Source: a virus (taxonomy: Duplodnaviria; Heunggongvirae; Uroviricota; Caudoviricetes). From it: a stretch of 64,000 nucleotides of DNA. Positions 8,633 through 18,203 of the stretch are shown here, in pieces; the first letter of the stretch is position 1; every line of letters begins with the position of its first letter. The stretch spans positions 160,001 to 224,000 of the IMG/VR virus record IMGVR_UViG_3300009709_000002. One strand, given 5' to 3'. A model generated the notes under the pieces. It was not told the DNA's origin. It saw only the letters and a list, made by a program, of their open reading frames with translations, and did no database searches. The position numbers were made by a program, and so were the translations under genes.

Positions 8633-9709
8633 TTAGACTACTACTTCGCCGCCTTCAATCTTGTCGAAACCAGCTTCATCGATTTCATCCGGCGTAGCCA
8701 GAATCGATTCGAATTTAGCTTGGTCGCCCTTGATCTTCGGGTGGCTAAACATTTTGTTGACGAGTTCTTCACCAAGTTCCTTACGTTGGAACTTGATATC
8801 GCCTTCTGGCATCTTCAGTGTGTACCATGCACCACCTTGGACCACGATACCTTCTGCAATCATCAGCTCGAGTAGACCCGAGTACTTGTTCATGCCAGTG
8901 TCGTATGGTACAAGAATTTCAACCTTTTGACCAAGCTTCGCAAAACGAGACTTGAAGGTTTCGATGTACATGCGAATACCAGAAACTTCACCTTCTTCCT
9001 TCAGCTTAAGACGTGTGATCAGAGCGATCTGCGAAGCCGAGTAACGAACAGCGTTGTTGATCTTCCACTTGCCTTCGCCTTCCAGCACGTCAGCAGGGTA
9101 AACCTGGTGAGTCGCTACGAAGGAGATATTAAGTGATTTGATGCGCGAAACGACAGTACGCAGAAAGTGCTTCATCTGCTTTGCACGTTGACCTTGGTCA
9201 CCCTTCTGTTCACCAGCGTTAAAGTGCTGGTTTTCAGATTCGGTCAACAGCATGTCGATCGAGTCCAGACAGATGAATACCTTTGGAGCATTCTCGTTGA
9301 ACTTGCCGTATTCTTTCTCGTACTTCTTGATGAAGTCCGAAACGACAGTCACCACGTCTTGAATTGTAACGACAGAAATACCGAGGAACTTGTCTTCGGA
9401 AGTGGCGACGCCGATCTTACCAAGGTAATCATGGTCGAGTGCGTTTTCTGAGTCAAGTGCTACAATGTAGGCACCGTCAGCCTGAGCCGCACACATGATG
9501 TTCGACAGAACGAACGATTTACCTGAGCCTGATGGACCAGCTAGAATGGTGACACGACCTTGCGGAACACCGCGGCGATAATCACCTGAAAGAATCTTGT
9601 TTGCCGCATAGTTCCCGGTGGTATACCAGTGGGAAGGCGGACGAAAGTCAGTTGTTACGTTTTCTAACTTTTCAAGTTGCTTTTTGAAGTCTTTAATAAA
9701 GGGAAGCAT
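8633..9709 (-). CDS. uvsX: UvsX/RecA-like recombinase
   Basis: GPSGSGKS, DSENALD, LDSIDML and KGDQGQRAK. Confidence 0.95.
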   Translation of the reverse strand: MLPFIKDFKKQLEKLENVTTDFRPPSHWYTTGNYAANKILSGDYRRGVPQGRVTILAGPSGSGKSFVLSNIMCAAQADGAYIVALDSENALDHDYLGKIGVATSEDKFLGISVVTIQDVVTVVSDFIKKYEKEYGKFNENAPKVFICLDSIDMLLTESENQHFNAGEQKGDQGQRAKQMKHFLRTVVSRIKSLNISFVATHQVYPADVLEGEGKWKINNAVRYSASQIALITRLKLKEEGEVSGIRMYIETFKSRFAKLGQKVEILVPYDTGMNKYSGLLELMIAEGIVVQGGAWYTLKMPEGDIKFQRKELGEELVNKMFSHPKIKGDQAKFESILATPDEIDEAGFDKIEGGEVVV

Positions 9710-9788
9710 TAATCGGCCTATGTATTATAGGGTGAAGAGAACATAAGGCCACCTAAGTAGCCTTATGTTCAATGTACTGCGAGGGAGA

Positions 9789-10697
9789 TTACGAAGCCGT
9801 GCGGTTACGCAGGCGAGCCAGGATGTCCTGAGCGCTCAGCTTCTGACCGTCACCTGCTGGTGCGGCTGGAGCTGATGGAGTTTCAGTTGCAGGTGCTTCA
9901 ACCGTTTCCTTCGGTGCAGAGACCTTCTCATCGAGAGCTGCGCTACCTGTCGAAGCAGCAGGAGTCGATGTGGTCGAACCACCGCTCTTGTTGTCTTCAT
10001 ACGAACGACCGGTCATTTCTGCTTCGATCATCGCTTCCATCGCTTCACGTTCGATCTTTGCGTAGCGGAACTTGCTCAGATCATACAGTTCAACGCGATC
10101 CAGGATTGCTGCATCAACCGGAGTTGCCTTGCGACGGAATTCCGAGTTGTCGTAAGAGGCGTATTCGCCTTGCTTCGACTTGATGATGCGGAAGTTGTAA
10201 CCTTCCTGGAAGTCATACGGCATTGCGTCCAGGTCACCCGTGACGATACCAGCTTCAATCTTCTTGTACAGCTTCGGACCGATCGATACCAAGCGAACCG
10301 GATTTTCATCGGCCTTGATTGGGTACTCGAAGGGCGAGCTAACCACTACACCTTGACCGATGTAGTCAATCTTGCGCCAGTACTTCTTACCCATTGCCGT
10401 GTCGCCTTCATTGTAATGCTTTTGCGACAGTTCGCAGCACGGGCATGCTTCACCATACATCTTCAAGCAAGCGATACGCTTCTTTTGACCGTTGATGACG
10501 AGTTCGTGGTACTTATTTTCGACCATGAAGCCAAGCGGATTGTCTTCATTCAGGTCAGGGAAGAAACGCCATTCTGCGATTGCGTCGGTATCCATCTTGT
10601 AGAACGGATAGAACTTATCCCAGAAACCGGTGTTGCCTTCGGAGGAGGTGGACTTCTTGGAGAATGCTGCTTTGAGTTGTTCGAGAGATAATGCCAT
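9789..10697 (-). CDS. gp32: gp32-like single-stranded DNA-binding protein
   Basis: RFFPD, CLKMYGEACPCC zinc site, GYNFRIIK, YASYDNSEF and a C-terminal DILARLR. Confidence 0.9.
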   Translation of the reverse strand: MALSLEQLKAAFSKKSTSSEGNTGFWDKFYPFYKMDTDAIAEWRFFPDLNEDNPLGFMVENKYHELVINGQKKRIACLKMYGEACPCCELSQKHYNEGDTAMGKKYWRKIDYIGQGVVVSSPFEYPIKADENPVRLVSIGPKLYKKIEAGIVTGDLDAMPYDFQEGYNFRIIKSKQGEYASYDNSEFRRKATPVDAAILDRVELYDLSKFRYAKIEREAMEAMIEAEMTGRSYEDNKSGGSTTSTPAASTGSAALDEKVSAPKETVEAPATETPSAPAAPAGDGQKLSAQDILARLRNRTAS

Positions 10698-10777
10698 GAT
10701 GCTTACTTCCTAACTTATTAACGTTGTTTGTGCTACACTTATTAACCTTGCCACGGCGTTGCACCGTTGACAGAGAC

Positions 10778-10811
10778 TATTTATACTAAACCAAATGAAG
10801 ATTGATGTAAA
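10778..10811 (-). promoter_or_regulatory. Overlapping sigma70-like and late promoters for gp32
   Basis: TTTACA-N17-TAGTAT (10811-10783) overlapping TATAAATA (10785-10778). Confidence 0.65.
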
Positions 10812-11284
10812 TTTTTAGTTTTCATCAGGAGATGAGAAATCAATGGATATTGTTCCTTGCTCCTAAAACGCTTCCAGTATTGCGGGTGCGAGAAATGCAC
10901 ATGCACGATACCAGCTTTTACACACGCCGAACGAGCCGTGTTTCCCAGAGCAATGACTTCGGACGGTTGCAGTCGGTCCACTATCGCCAGCAGATCAACT
11001 TTCGATCCATCATTGTTGAGTACGTTCAACCAGAAGAATTTCTCCTCTTGAAGATCTTCCAGCTCCATTTGCCAATTCAACCAACCAGAGCAAGCCCTAG
11101 TTGAACAGAATGGTTTTTGATCTGGATCATTGATCGGATCAGAAGCTTGTTCACCTAAGATGAGGATATTTCCCCTCTTAAACAAACCAGCACCTGGTTG
11201 AGAAGTCGGACAAGATTCCGACGCTAAAGACATGCGGAGATTGACTCTCCGCTCTAAAGCTAGTTGCTTATCAACAGTTTTCAT
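10781..11284 (-). CDS. Uracil-DNA glycosylase-like protein
   Basis: ILILGEQ, PF, WLNV, VIALGNTA and SHPQY match the UDG superfamily motif order. Promoter TATACA-N17-TACAAT at 11339-11311. Confidence 0.7.
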   Translation of the reverse strand: MKTVDKQLALERRVNLRMSLASESCPTSQPGAGLFKRGNILILGEQASDPINDPDQKPFCSTRACSGWLNWQMELEDLQEEKFFWLNVLNNDGSKVDLLAIVDRLQPSEVIALGNTARSACVKAGIVHVHFSHPQYWKRFRSKEQYPLISHLLMKTKNLHQSSFGLV

Positions 11285-11351
11285 CGCGGTTTGGTATTGC
11301 TAGAATGATGATTGTATTACCGCTATCAACCGTTGTATATTTTAAGATGAA

Positions 11352-11468
11352 TTACGCCGTGGTCGTTGTGTTCTCACTTTCGAACCACTTTTGCTCAAGG
11401 TAAGCCTCGGCAAAGTAAACGGCGTAGGACAGAGCGACGAAAGAGAGGAGTACAACGATGTTTTTCAT
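11352..11468 (-). CDS. 38-aa predicted single-pass membrane protein
   Basis: MKNIVVLLSFVALSYAVYFAEAYLEQKWFESENTTTTA; AGGTG RBS and late promoter at 11503-11510. Below the ORF-track size cutoff. Confidence 0.6.
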   Translation of the reverse strand: MKNIVVLLSFVALSYAVYFAEAYLEQKWFESENTTTTA

Positions 11469-11511
11469 GATAGCACCTAATAGTGGGAGGAAAGTCTCCC
11501 ACTATTTATGC

Positions 11512-13062
11512 TTAGAACACGAATGGAACCGGATCTCCACCACCATACTCATCTTCACCAGTCGAGTCAAGATCGTGATGGTAGAAGTCTCCTTCTGATT
11601 CATACAGCTTCGTGAAGACTTCTGGCTCATACTCTGACAGCTGCTTGATGATCTGTGCTACGATCAGCATCGCCGAGATCAAGTCATCATGTGCACCAAA
11701 TTTTGCGGTGTAAGCTGCACCAGAACGAACGTACGTCTTCAGTTCCTTGATGAGCGGGCCAGAGTTGATGACCAAATTGTTCTTGGGCTTTTCAATCAAC
11801 GTCTTCAATGTCTTACACGCGAGAGCCTTCGACTTACCTGAGGTGTTGATACCAAGCTTTTCACCGATCGAGACAAGCTCAGCTTCGTGTGGGAAGTGCT
11901 CATCATTGTTGAACAGTGCAGAGATAGCCGCACCAACCGAGTTGTTTTCAAATGACCAGTGAACACCTGGCGGCTTACCTGCGTGATTGCGATATGACAG
12001 CAACTTTTCGCAGATCCACTTTACCGCAGCGTAGAGCTCAGGTTCCTTGATGCGGTTTGAACGAAATTCAGCGATCTGGAACATCGTCTCAAGCTCAACT
12101 ACCTGGATGACAGAGTAGTCTTTGTTCATACCTTGAGCCACGTCGATACCCACAATGTAGGTCATCTTTGCCGATGGTTCCTTCCAGAACACGAAGCCGT
12201 GATCCTTCATGAATGGCTCTGCGAAACGCAGATTTGCTAGCGTGATCGAGTTGATCAGCAAGTCATCTGAAGAAATGAATTCACACTCATATTCCTGCAG
12301 CCACTTTTCTTCACCGATCTTACGGATCATCTCCTGCTTGTAGGTCTCAGTGCGCTCCGGGTGTTCATTCCATAGAACTTCAACCGGCACAAAACCATTT
12401 AGGCCAGACTCTGCTTCTCGCCAGATCTTGGCAAACAGGTCCATGTCGCCGTTAGGCGTGGAGGATATGATACAAGAACCACCAGTCGAGATCGTTGGCG
12501 CTAGTGAGGTCCACATTTCATCTTGGATTCGATTCTGAACGAACGCCAACTCGTCAAGCATCAGCAGGGAGATCGAACGACCACGACCAGTGTTTTCAGT
12601 CGTTGCAGATGAAGTGATGGTAGAATCATTGTCGAATTCAACTGAATGCTTGTTGAATGCCTTAGCTCCCGGCTTCAACCAGTCTGGAAGTTCTTCATAA
12701 GCGTAGCGGATGCGGTTCATAATGTCGATCGCACCAGCGTTCTTGTTCGATGCAACCATGATGTACTTGTCGAAGTGGAAGCAAGCGAACCAAAGCAGAT
12801 ATGCTGCGATGACAGTTGACTTACCAAGCTGTCGGCCAGCTTTGACAACGCACCAACGATTTTCCTGGAAAGCGCGGATGCATCGAATCTGATAGTCAAA
12901 CAGCTCAAGCTTCAGCTTTCCCTTCTTTGGGTGCTGAACGTACATGTAGTTGCTGATGAAGTAGACTGGATCCAGTCTACATCTTTTAAGCTCTTGTACC
13001 TGCCAAGCATTATACTCGGCTTCAGTATTTGGCTTCTTGATTAACTCATTCTTATTTGTCAT
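11512..13062 (-). CDS. gp17: Terminase large subunit
   Basis: GRQLGKS, LMLDELAF, SSTPNG, GIDVAQG and HDDL. Start ATG 13062 follows GGAG. Confidence 0.96.
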   Translation of the reverse strand: MTNKNELIKKPNTEAEYNAWQVQELKRCRLDPVYFISNYMYVQHPKKGKLKLELFDYQIRCIRAFQENRWCVVKAGRQLGKSTVIAAYLLWFACFHFDKYIMVASNKNAGAIDIMNRIRYAYEELPDWLKPGAKAFNKHSVEFDNDSTITSSATTENTGRGRSISLLMLDELAFVQNRIQDEMWTSLAPTISTGGSCIISSTPNGDMDLFAKIWREAESGLNGFVPVEVLWNEHPERTETYKQEMIRKIGEEKWLQEYECEFISSDDLLINSITLANLRFAEPFMKDHGFVFWKEPSAKMTYIVGIDVAQGMNKDYSVIQVVELETMFQIAEFRSNRIKEPELYAAVKWICEKLLSYRNHAGKPPGVHWSFENNSVGAAISALFNNDEHFPHEAELVSIGEKLGINTSGKSKALACKTLKTLIEKPKNNLVINSGPLIKELKTYVRSGAAYTAKFGAHDDLISAMLIVAQIIKQLSEYEPEVFTKLYESEGDFYHHDLDSTGEDEYGGGDPVPFVF

Positions 13063-13146
13063 ATGGGTATGCTCCAAAGATTTCCATGGAGATATTTAGG
13101 TTTGAATTGATGATATTCTTGGAACCGCTTTAAATAATAAGTGGCC

Positions 13147-13902
13147 TTAGTCACCTTTCTTTAAGCTTAATTCGTCATCTTGAGCTTTCATGATTTGATC
13201 ACGAAGTTTTTCTACGTAGCCATTATTGCGGAGTGCTTTAAAGACTAGATTTTCAAGGCTAAACTCACCACCGCTTTCCAAGCCAGCTCTACGAAAACGT
13301 GATAGTTTATCATTCAGCTCTTCTAATGCCGTTGCATCATTAGCACCAGATTTAGTCAGATCGTCAATTTGATTAGCAAGCTCTTTGACTTTGTGTTTAA
13401 TTTGTGATGCTTTATACTTGACATTATGCTTGCTTGGAACCTTGATCCAGGCATTATTCTTGATAGAGAATGAGCCTGAATCGGTGATGCCAGTTTCATT
13501 GTCACCATCTTGTGCATAAAGCTCAACTGGAAATCCATAGATCTCCATGTCATGACGTTCATTCCAAAGTGCTTTCTTGGCAAACAAACAATCATTGAAA
13601 TTAAACTCTTTACAGTCTTCACAATTTACTTTGCCAAGATCCAATATGACGTGAATGTCAATATCCGAAAGCTTGGTCCAATTGTAGTTAACATTGCTTC
13701 CAGTGAAGATAATGTCACTTACAGCGTCAGATGGTAGTTTCAAAGTCTCAATGAACTTATTTGCGATTCTTAAAAGAGCTGCATCAACCTTTGGCTTAAG
13801 CTCATAACCATTATGAAGTTTATCCCAAAGCGCTGGATTCAGCTCATCATGATACGCAAGCTTAAGCTCCATGTCGCTTTCAAGAAAGGTCTTGAATTTC
13901 AT
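13147..13902 (-). CDS. Pol-beta superfamily nucleotidyltransferase with capsid-targeting-like N-terminus
   Basis: TGSNVNYNWTKLSDIDIHV (GS...DxD) and PVELYAQD; N-terminus MKFKTFLE. Confidence 0.75.
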   Translation of the reverse strand: MKFKTFLESDMELKLAYHDELNPALWDKLHNGYELKPKVDAALLRIANKFIETLKLPSDAVSDIIFTGSNVNYNWTKLSDIDIHVILDLGKVNCEDCKEFNFNDCLFAKKALWNERHDMEIYGFPVELYAQDGDNETGITDSGSFSIKNNAWIKVPSKHNVKYKASQIKHKVKELANQIDDLTKSGANDATALEELNDKLSRFRRAGLESGGEFSLENLVFKALRNNGYVEKLRDQIMKAQDDELSLKKGD

Positions 13903-14444
13903 TTCACTTCCTTAGCTTGAACGTCAACGATCTGAGCTTGTTCAACTGTGTCAGCTTCCATCATCTGGCGAAGAATCGCGTTACGATCGGCGATAAAGAC
14001 GTTCTGGTTAAGCGTCTGTGGAGTTCCTGCTTGCTGGGCGGCGATGCGCAGCTTACCGCGCTTGTACTTAGCATCGACACGAGAATTCGTTGCATTCAAT
14101 GCAATGTTCAAATATTGCGCAGCAACTTCAGCGTTACGAGCAGCAAACTTCGGATCGACTTCTTGTGACATGCGTGACTGCTGGTTGAAAGCCGTCAATG
14201 CAGCGTCATGAATAGTTGCTAGCTGACGATCCACTGCCAAATCATCTAGACGATCTTCACGAGCAATATCTTCAGACGTTAGCCCATCAACCTTACGTTC
14301 AATAGCTGTTCCTGTGCTCGGATCGATCAAATCAGTCGATGGAGTCGTTGGATCAGTCTCTATGCCAAATACTGGAGTTGATCCGCTATCAATATTGAAC
14401 ACATCTTCAAGTGGATGCGAGTGTTCAGTTTCTTGACTCATCAT
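13899..14444 (-). CDS. gp16: Probable terminase small subunit
   Basis: Helical core (ARNAEVAAQYLNIALNA) and C-terminal NQNVFIADRNAIL; located near gp17; AAGGAG RBS. Confidence 0.7.
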   Translation of the reverse strand: MMSQETEHSHPLEDVFNIDSGSTPVFGIETDPTTPSTDLIDPSTGTAIERKVDGLTSEDIAREDRLDDLAVDRQLATIHDAALTAFNQQSRMSQEVDPKFAARNAEVAAQYLNIALNATNSRVDAKYKRGKLRIAAQQAGTPQTLNQNVFIADRNAILRQMMEADTVEQAQIVDVQAKEVK

Positions 14445-14451
14445 CTTCTCC

Positions 14452-14874
14452 TTATTTCTTTTTTGTAAAGAGTTCATCTTGTGTCAGAACTCTAAATCGA
14501 ATGTTAGCTTTTTCGCAATAAGCTCGTGCAGCTTCCCATTTAGCTTGATTGATTACGTAACTCACCTTCTCATAATTTGTCATTCTCTTGCTAATGACAG
14601 CTTGCTTGAGAGGTTTGATCTCAATCATCTCGGTGATGATATTTCCATTCTTATCGCGATACTTAACGATAAAGTCAGGAATGTAGTTGCAGATTTTTTG
14701 CTTAACAGGATGGTAGTACTTGACATGAACCTCTTCAGAAGCCCACTCAATTACATTGGGATTTGTATCGCAGAAAGTCATAAATCTGGCTTCCCAAGAA
14801 GACAAGAATCTAATCTTGCTTGGATCACCAACGTACTTCTCTGGATAAATGGGGGTGTATAAACCTTTGGCCAA
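14452..14874 (-). CDS. gp4: Head completion nuclease (gp4-like, TnsA-N/PD-(D/E)XK)
   Basis: PEKYVGD, SSWE, WASEE, YIPDF, EIKP and NQAKWEAA. Confidence 0.92.
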   Translation of the reverse strand: MAKGLYTPIYPEKYVGDPSKIRFLSSWEARFMTFCDTNPNVIEWASEEVHVKYYHPVKQKICNYIPDFIVKYRDKNGNIITEMIEIKPLKQAVISKRMTNYEKVSYVINQAKWEAARAYCEKANIRFRVLTQDELFTKKK

Positions 14875-14918
14875 GACTTCCTCCTATGACTATTGGAGTA
14901 TTTATCTTGGCCAGAGAT

Positions 14919-16124
14919 TTAACCAGTTGTGAAAGTATATTGCGGAGTACTGCTGTCACTAACGACAGATTCACCGCTATCTAAGCTTCCAGGAGGCGCC
15001 AGGTTAGATCCGTTTTGTACACTATTGAGAGTGAACTGCAGATTTGAATTCAACGTAGTTCCTGCGCTATTGATGACAGAAGCGTTATTGTAAGCAGAGA
15101 TCGGGTTGTTGCCGGTTTGCCCAGACAGTCCCGATAATGCAGCTGGAAGCATAGTATTGCCGCCAGTGATAGCCGCAAGCTGGTCAGACGTCAAGTTACT
15201 ACCCATCTGGCTTGAAAGAGCACCATTTGCTGCGGAGAATAGACCTGTCATGTTCGATCCAGTAGCACTTTGCGCCACTAGCACTCCAGCCTCAAGAAGT
15301 GAAGATGCGCCGCCATTAGCATTGCTAACTCCGCCTGCTAGCAAGTCGGTGTTGCCCCATGAGTAAAGCGTGCTCTGAGCCACTGTCGTGCACTGAATTC
15401 CATCATAGTGGAACATCACCGTCATCGTGCTACCACCATTTTCTTCCATGCTTAGTTCATCAAAGTCAAATGATTCAATACGTGGGTTAGTAAAGATGAA
15501 TCTGTTTGATGACGTACCATTACCGAAGACCTGCTCGATCGTGATGCTCGTTCCTTGCGCGTAGCCGTTCTTGTATGGAAGCGATGATGAAGACTTCGTA
15601 AAGCCGTTGTTCGTACCAACCCCGCCGGCGCCTTGACCAGACTGTGTGGCCATGTAAGCACTGAAGAACTCATTGACGCTGTTCCCAATTTCATCGAGGA
15701 ATGTGACGCTCAGCGGTTCAAAGGTGACGCTTGTTAGAACCTTAGAACGGAAGTTATAGAAGTTCACTTCCTGGTGATTGAATCTAACACGCGGCTTATC
15801 TACCGTGTGGACATAATAGTAGAAGTCACGAGTCGCAAATCCAGAGAACAAGACTTTGAATAGGAACTTGAACTTTGGCTGGTGATTCACCAGGTCATTA
15901 GCATAACCGGTCGACGTCCAATCACCAGGTGTAGTAGAAACAGCTTCACCACCGCCAAGAGCTTGAGTCAATAGCGTGCTTGCATTCAGACCAGAGCCGC
16001 CTGACAATGAATCAACCGCTTGAGCAAAGAGATTTACAGCCCCGCCCGCGCTGGTTGCACCAAAACTATCTGTGACACCGGCATTAATGCCGATGCTATT
16101 AAGGGCTGTATCAATTATGCTCAT
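14919..16124 (-). CDS. Tail-tube-fold baseplate/tube junction protein (gp54/gp48-like)
   Basis: VDKPRVRF, FEPLSVTFLDE and IESFDFDELS resemble gp19; low-complexity G/S/N tails. Confidence 0.7.
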   Translation of the reverse strand: MSIIDTALNSIGINAGVTDSFGATSAGGAVNLFAQAVDSLSGGSGLNASTLLTQALGGGEAVSTTPGDWTSTGYANDLVNHQPKFKFLFKVLFSGFATRDFYYYVHTVDKPRVRFNHQEVNFYNFRSKVLTSVTFEPLSVTFLDEIGNSVNEFFSAYMATQSGQGAGGVGTNNGFTKSSSSLPYKNGYAQGTSITIEQVFGNGTSSNRFIFTNPRIESFDFDELSMEENGGSTMTVMFHYDGIQCTTVAQSTLYSWGNTDLLAGGVSNANGGASSLLEAGVLVAQSATGSNMTGLFSAANGALSSQMGSNLTSDQLAAITGGNTMLPAALSGLSGQTGNNPISAYNNASVINSAGTTLNSNLQFTLNSVQNGSNLAPPGSLDSGESVVSDSSTPQYTFTTG

Positions 16125-16125
16125 T

Positions 16126-16602
16126 TTATTCAGGCTTCAAAAGTTTCATTACTTCTTTGACAAATGCCACGGTATGCTTGTGAATGTGCTTACCCATGTG
16201 GATCTCACGCATTACAACTTCACCGTCTTTCATGATGTAATTCGTGCGCTTCTTTGACTTGATTTCGAAGGTGCGGTAAAGTGCACGAATCTTCTTGTCA
16301 AGCTCTCCACCCTTCACGATCTTGAGAGGCGCAAGCGAGTTAATTTCAAATTCACCGGAGTCAGTGCTATTGTCGAAGGTAATCATCAGGTGCTTACCCT
16401 TTTCAGTTTTCAGCACGCTCTTCGAGTTGCTAACACCATAGTACTTGTAATCCTTGCTACGTTTCAAATCACGAACATATCCACCTTTGTGATGGAAGAT
16501 CATTTCAGCGATCTTGTCGATCATGGAACGAGTCTTTTCAACCTCAGGATCTTCAATGATGTTCTTCTTAGATTCGGCCAAAAACTCTTTGAATGTCGTC
16601 AT
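16126..16602 (-). CDS. Predicted internal head protein
   Basis: MTTFKEFLAE resembles the T4 internal-protein capsid-targeting sequence; basic protein; own late promoter at 16623-16630. Confidence 0.65.
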   Translation of the reverse strand: MTTFKEFLAESKKNIIEDPEVEKTRSMIDKIAEMIFHHKGGYVRDLKRSKDYKYYGVSNSKSVLKTEKGKHLMITFDNSTDSGEFEINSLAPLKIVKGGELDKKIRALYRTFEIKSKKRTNYIMKDGEVVMREIHMGKHIHKHTVAFVKEVMKLLKPE

Positions 16603-16639
16603 GCTTAATCTCCTTATGATGCTATTTATGGAAAAGACA

Positions 16640-16660
16640 AAAGGGGCAAAATGCCCCTTT
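16640..16660 (-). terminator. Intrinsic terminator after the tail tube gene
   Basis: AAAGGGGCA-AAA-TGCCCCTTT with a T-run on the minus strand. Confidence 0.7.
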
Positions 16661-16680
16661 GTATGAACTTAAGCCGAAGC

Positions 16681-17274
16681 TTAAGAGAGAAGACCGCCGA
16701 TTGCGGAACCGCCGATATCTGGTGTAAGAACTTGACGAGCTTGGTCGAAACGAATCGTCAGAGAGATCGTTACCTTACCACCTTCTGCGTAGTCCAAGTC
16801 ACCATATTCAACGTTCTGAATAAAGCAACCTTCGCACAACCATGATTCAAGAACAGTTTCATTACCGTCAAGCATGTTCAGAGTAGTACCAAACTTGTAT
16901 GACGATGCCGTCGCTTCAGTGTTCAGCCATGGGCCTGTAGCACCGATAAGACGCTGTTGCAGTTCAAGTTGAGCTTGAATAGCGTTTGAAGCCAAGTTCG
17001 TAACGTCATCTTCAAGCGTAAGTTGCATAGGCTGGAATGAATGCTTACCAGCTACGTATGCACGCGAGTTGTATCGGTCAAGTTGAACTTCTTCAAATTC
17101 AAGTGACGGACGAGTCACTGTAATCAGCTGAAGTGAAAGATTAGTAGCCACACCAGCCGTAGAGCCGGTGGCGCCGCCCAGTCCGCTAAAAATCACGTTC
17201 CAGCGGTTCTTGTGCTTTGGGTGCAGGATACCGTTACCCACACCGTAGATGCCTACTTGGGATAGTGTTGCCAT
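16681..17274 (-). CDS. gp19: Tail tube protein
   Basis: PKHKNRW, VTRPSL, YVAGKH, W.CEGCFI and LDYA..TISLTIRFD; late promoter at 17334-17340. Confidence 0.9.
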   Translation of the reverse strand: MATLSQVGIYGVGNGILHPKHKNRWNVIFSGLGGATGSTAGVATNLSLQLITVTRPSLEFEEVQLDRYNSRAYVAGKHSFQPMQLTLEDDVTNLASNAIQAQLELQQRLIGATGPWLNTEATASSYKFGTTLNMLDGNETVLESWLCEGCFIQNVEYGDLDYAEGGKVTISLTIRFDQARQVLTPDIGGSAIGGLLS

Positions 17275-17363
17275 GTTAGAGTTTCTCCAGAAAGTCGACC
17301 GTCTGTGTTGTTACGGTGTAGTTTTGTACGATGTATTTATTTAGATTGTCCATTTTTCAAACT

Positions 17364-18200
17364 TTAATCCACGGAGGTATTGATATCTTCGGTGTAAATT
17401 GGTGCAGAATTGTCAGGAACACCAGGAGTTACAATCACACCGCCCTCTGACGTCGGAGTAAGAGTCATGGAAGTGAATAGATCCGGAGAGTCAAACGGTT
17501 GAAGCACGCCATTTTCATCGTACTGATTCAGCGTCAGACCTTCAAGATCACCGAAACGAATAGCGATACTTTGAATTAGCTGTTCACGCATTTCAGCCGG
17601 CGGTGATAACCAAGCTGGCATTCTGAACTCTAGCGTCCAAGTAATGACGCGACGTTCAGTACCAAGAGGATAATTCTCTTCATTGTTGATGCCTTCCAAG
17701 TAAACGCTGGTGATCTTTGTCCAGTCGAATGGAGCATCATTACGCTGAACTTGCAAGTCATAGTCAAACAGAATCAAAATCTGCTCGAGAATCTGGAGCA
17801 GCTGATCGGTGTTTGACGCGTAGATAGCCAGCTCAAAATGCAAGTCATAAGGGATCGGCATTACACGACGAACAACCTTCAAATCGGTCGGGTAAACTCC
17901 ACCTTGCTCTAAAACCGTGCGCTTATCCACGCCGTTCAATCCGCGAACACGATCTGGAGCCATCTCCATGTTAGTCATATAGCATGACATAATTGGAAGT
18001 GTAAATTGCTGGTTCTGAGTGTTACGAGCTCCAATTGAAGCTACCACTCTGTCCATTGAACCATAGACGATTGGAACTTGAATGAATTGTTCACAACCGC
18101 ACTCATCTTTACCAGCCTGAACTTGAAGCCCAGCAAACAAATTAGCAAACATGACGATGTATTGCTTAAGCTGCTTGTTGTAGTAATATTGTCTAATCAT
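17364..18200 (-). CDS. gp15: Tail terminator/sheath stabiliser
   Basis: QYYYNKQLKQYI, VPIVYG, PIPYDL and QILEQILILF. Confidence 0.88.
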   Translation of the reverse strand: MIRQYYYNKQLKQYIVMFANLFAGLQVQAGKDECGCEQFIQVPIVYGSMDRVVASIGARNTQNQQFTLPIMSCYMTNMEMAPDRVRGLNGVDKRTVLEQGGVYPTDLKVVRRVMPIPYDLHFELAIYASNTDQLLQILEQILILFDYDLQVQRNDAPFDWTKITSVYLEGINNEENYPLGTERRVITWTLEFRMPAWLSPPAEMREQLIQSIAIRFGDLEGLTLNQYDENGVLQPFDSPDLFTSMTLTPTSEGGVIVTPGVPDNSAPIYTEDINTSVD

Positions 18201-18203
18201 GTC

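Noticed and set aside
6105-13062. Inteins or introns in uvsW, uvsX or gp17
   Set aside because: Lengths are normal, motifs are contiguous and no splicing signatures are present.
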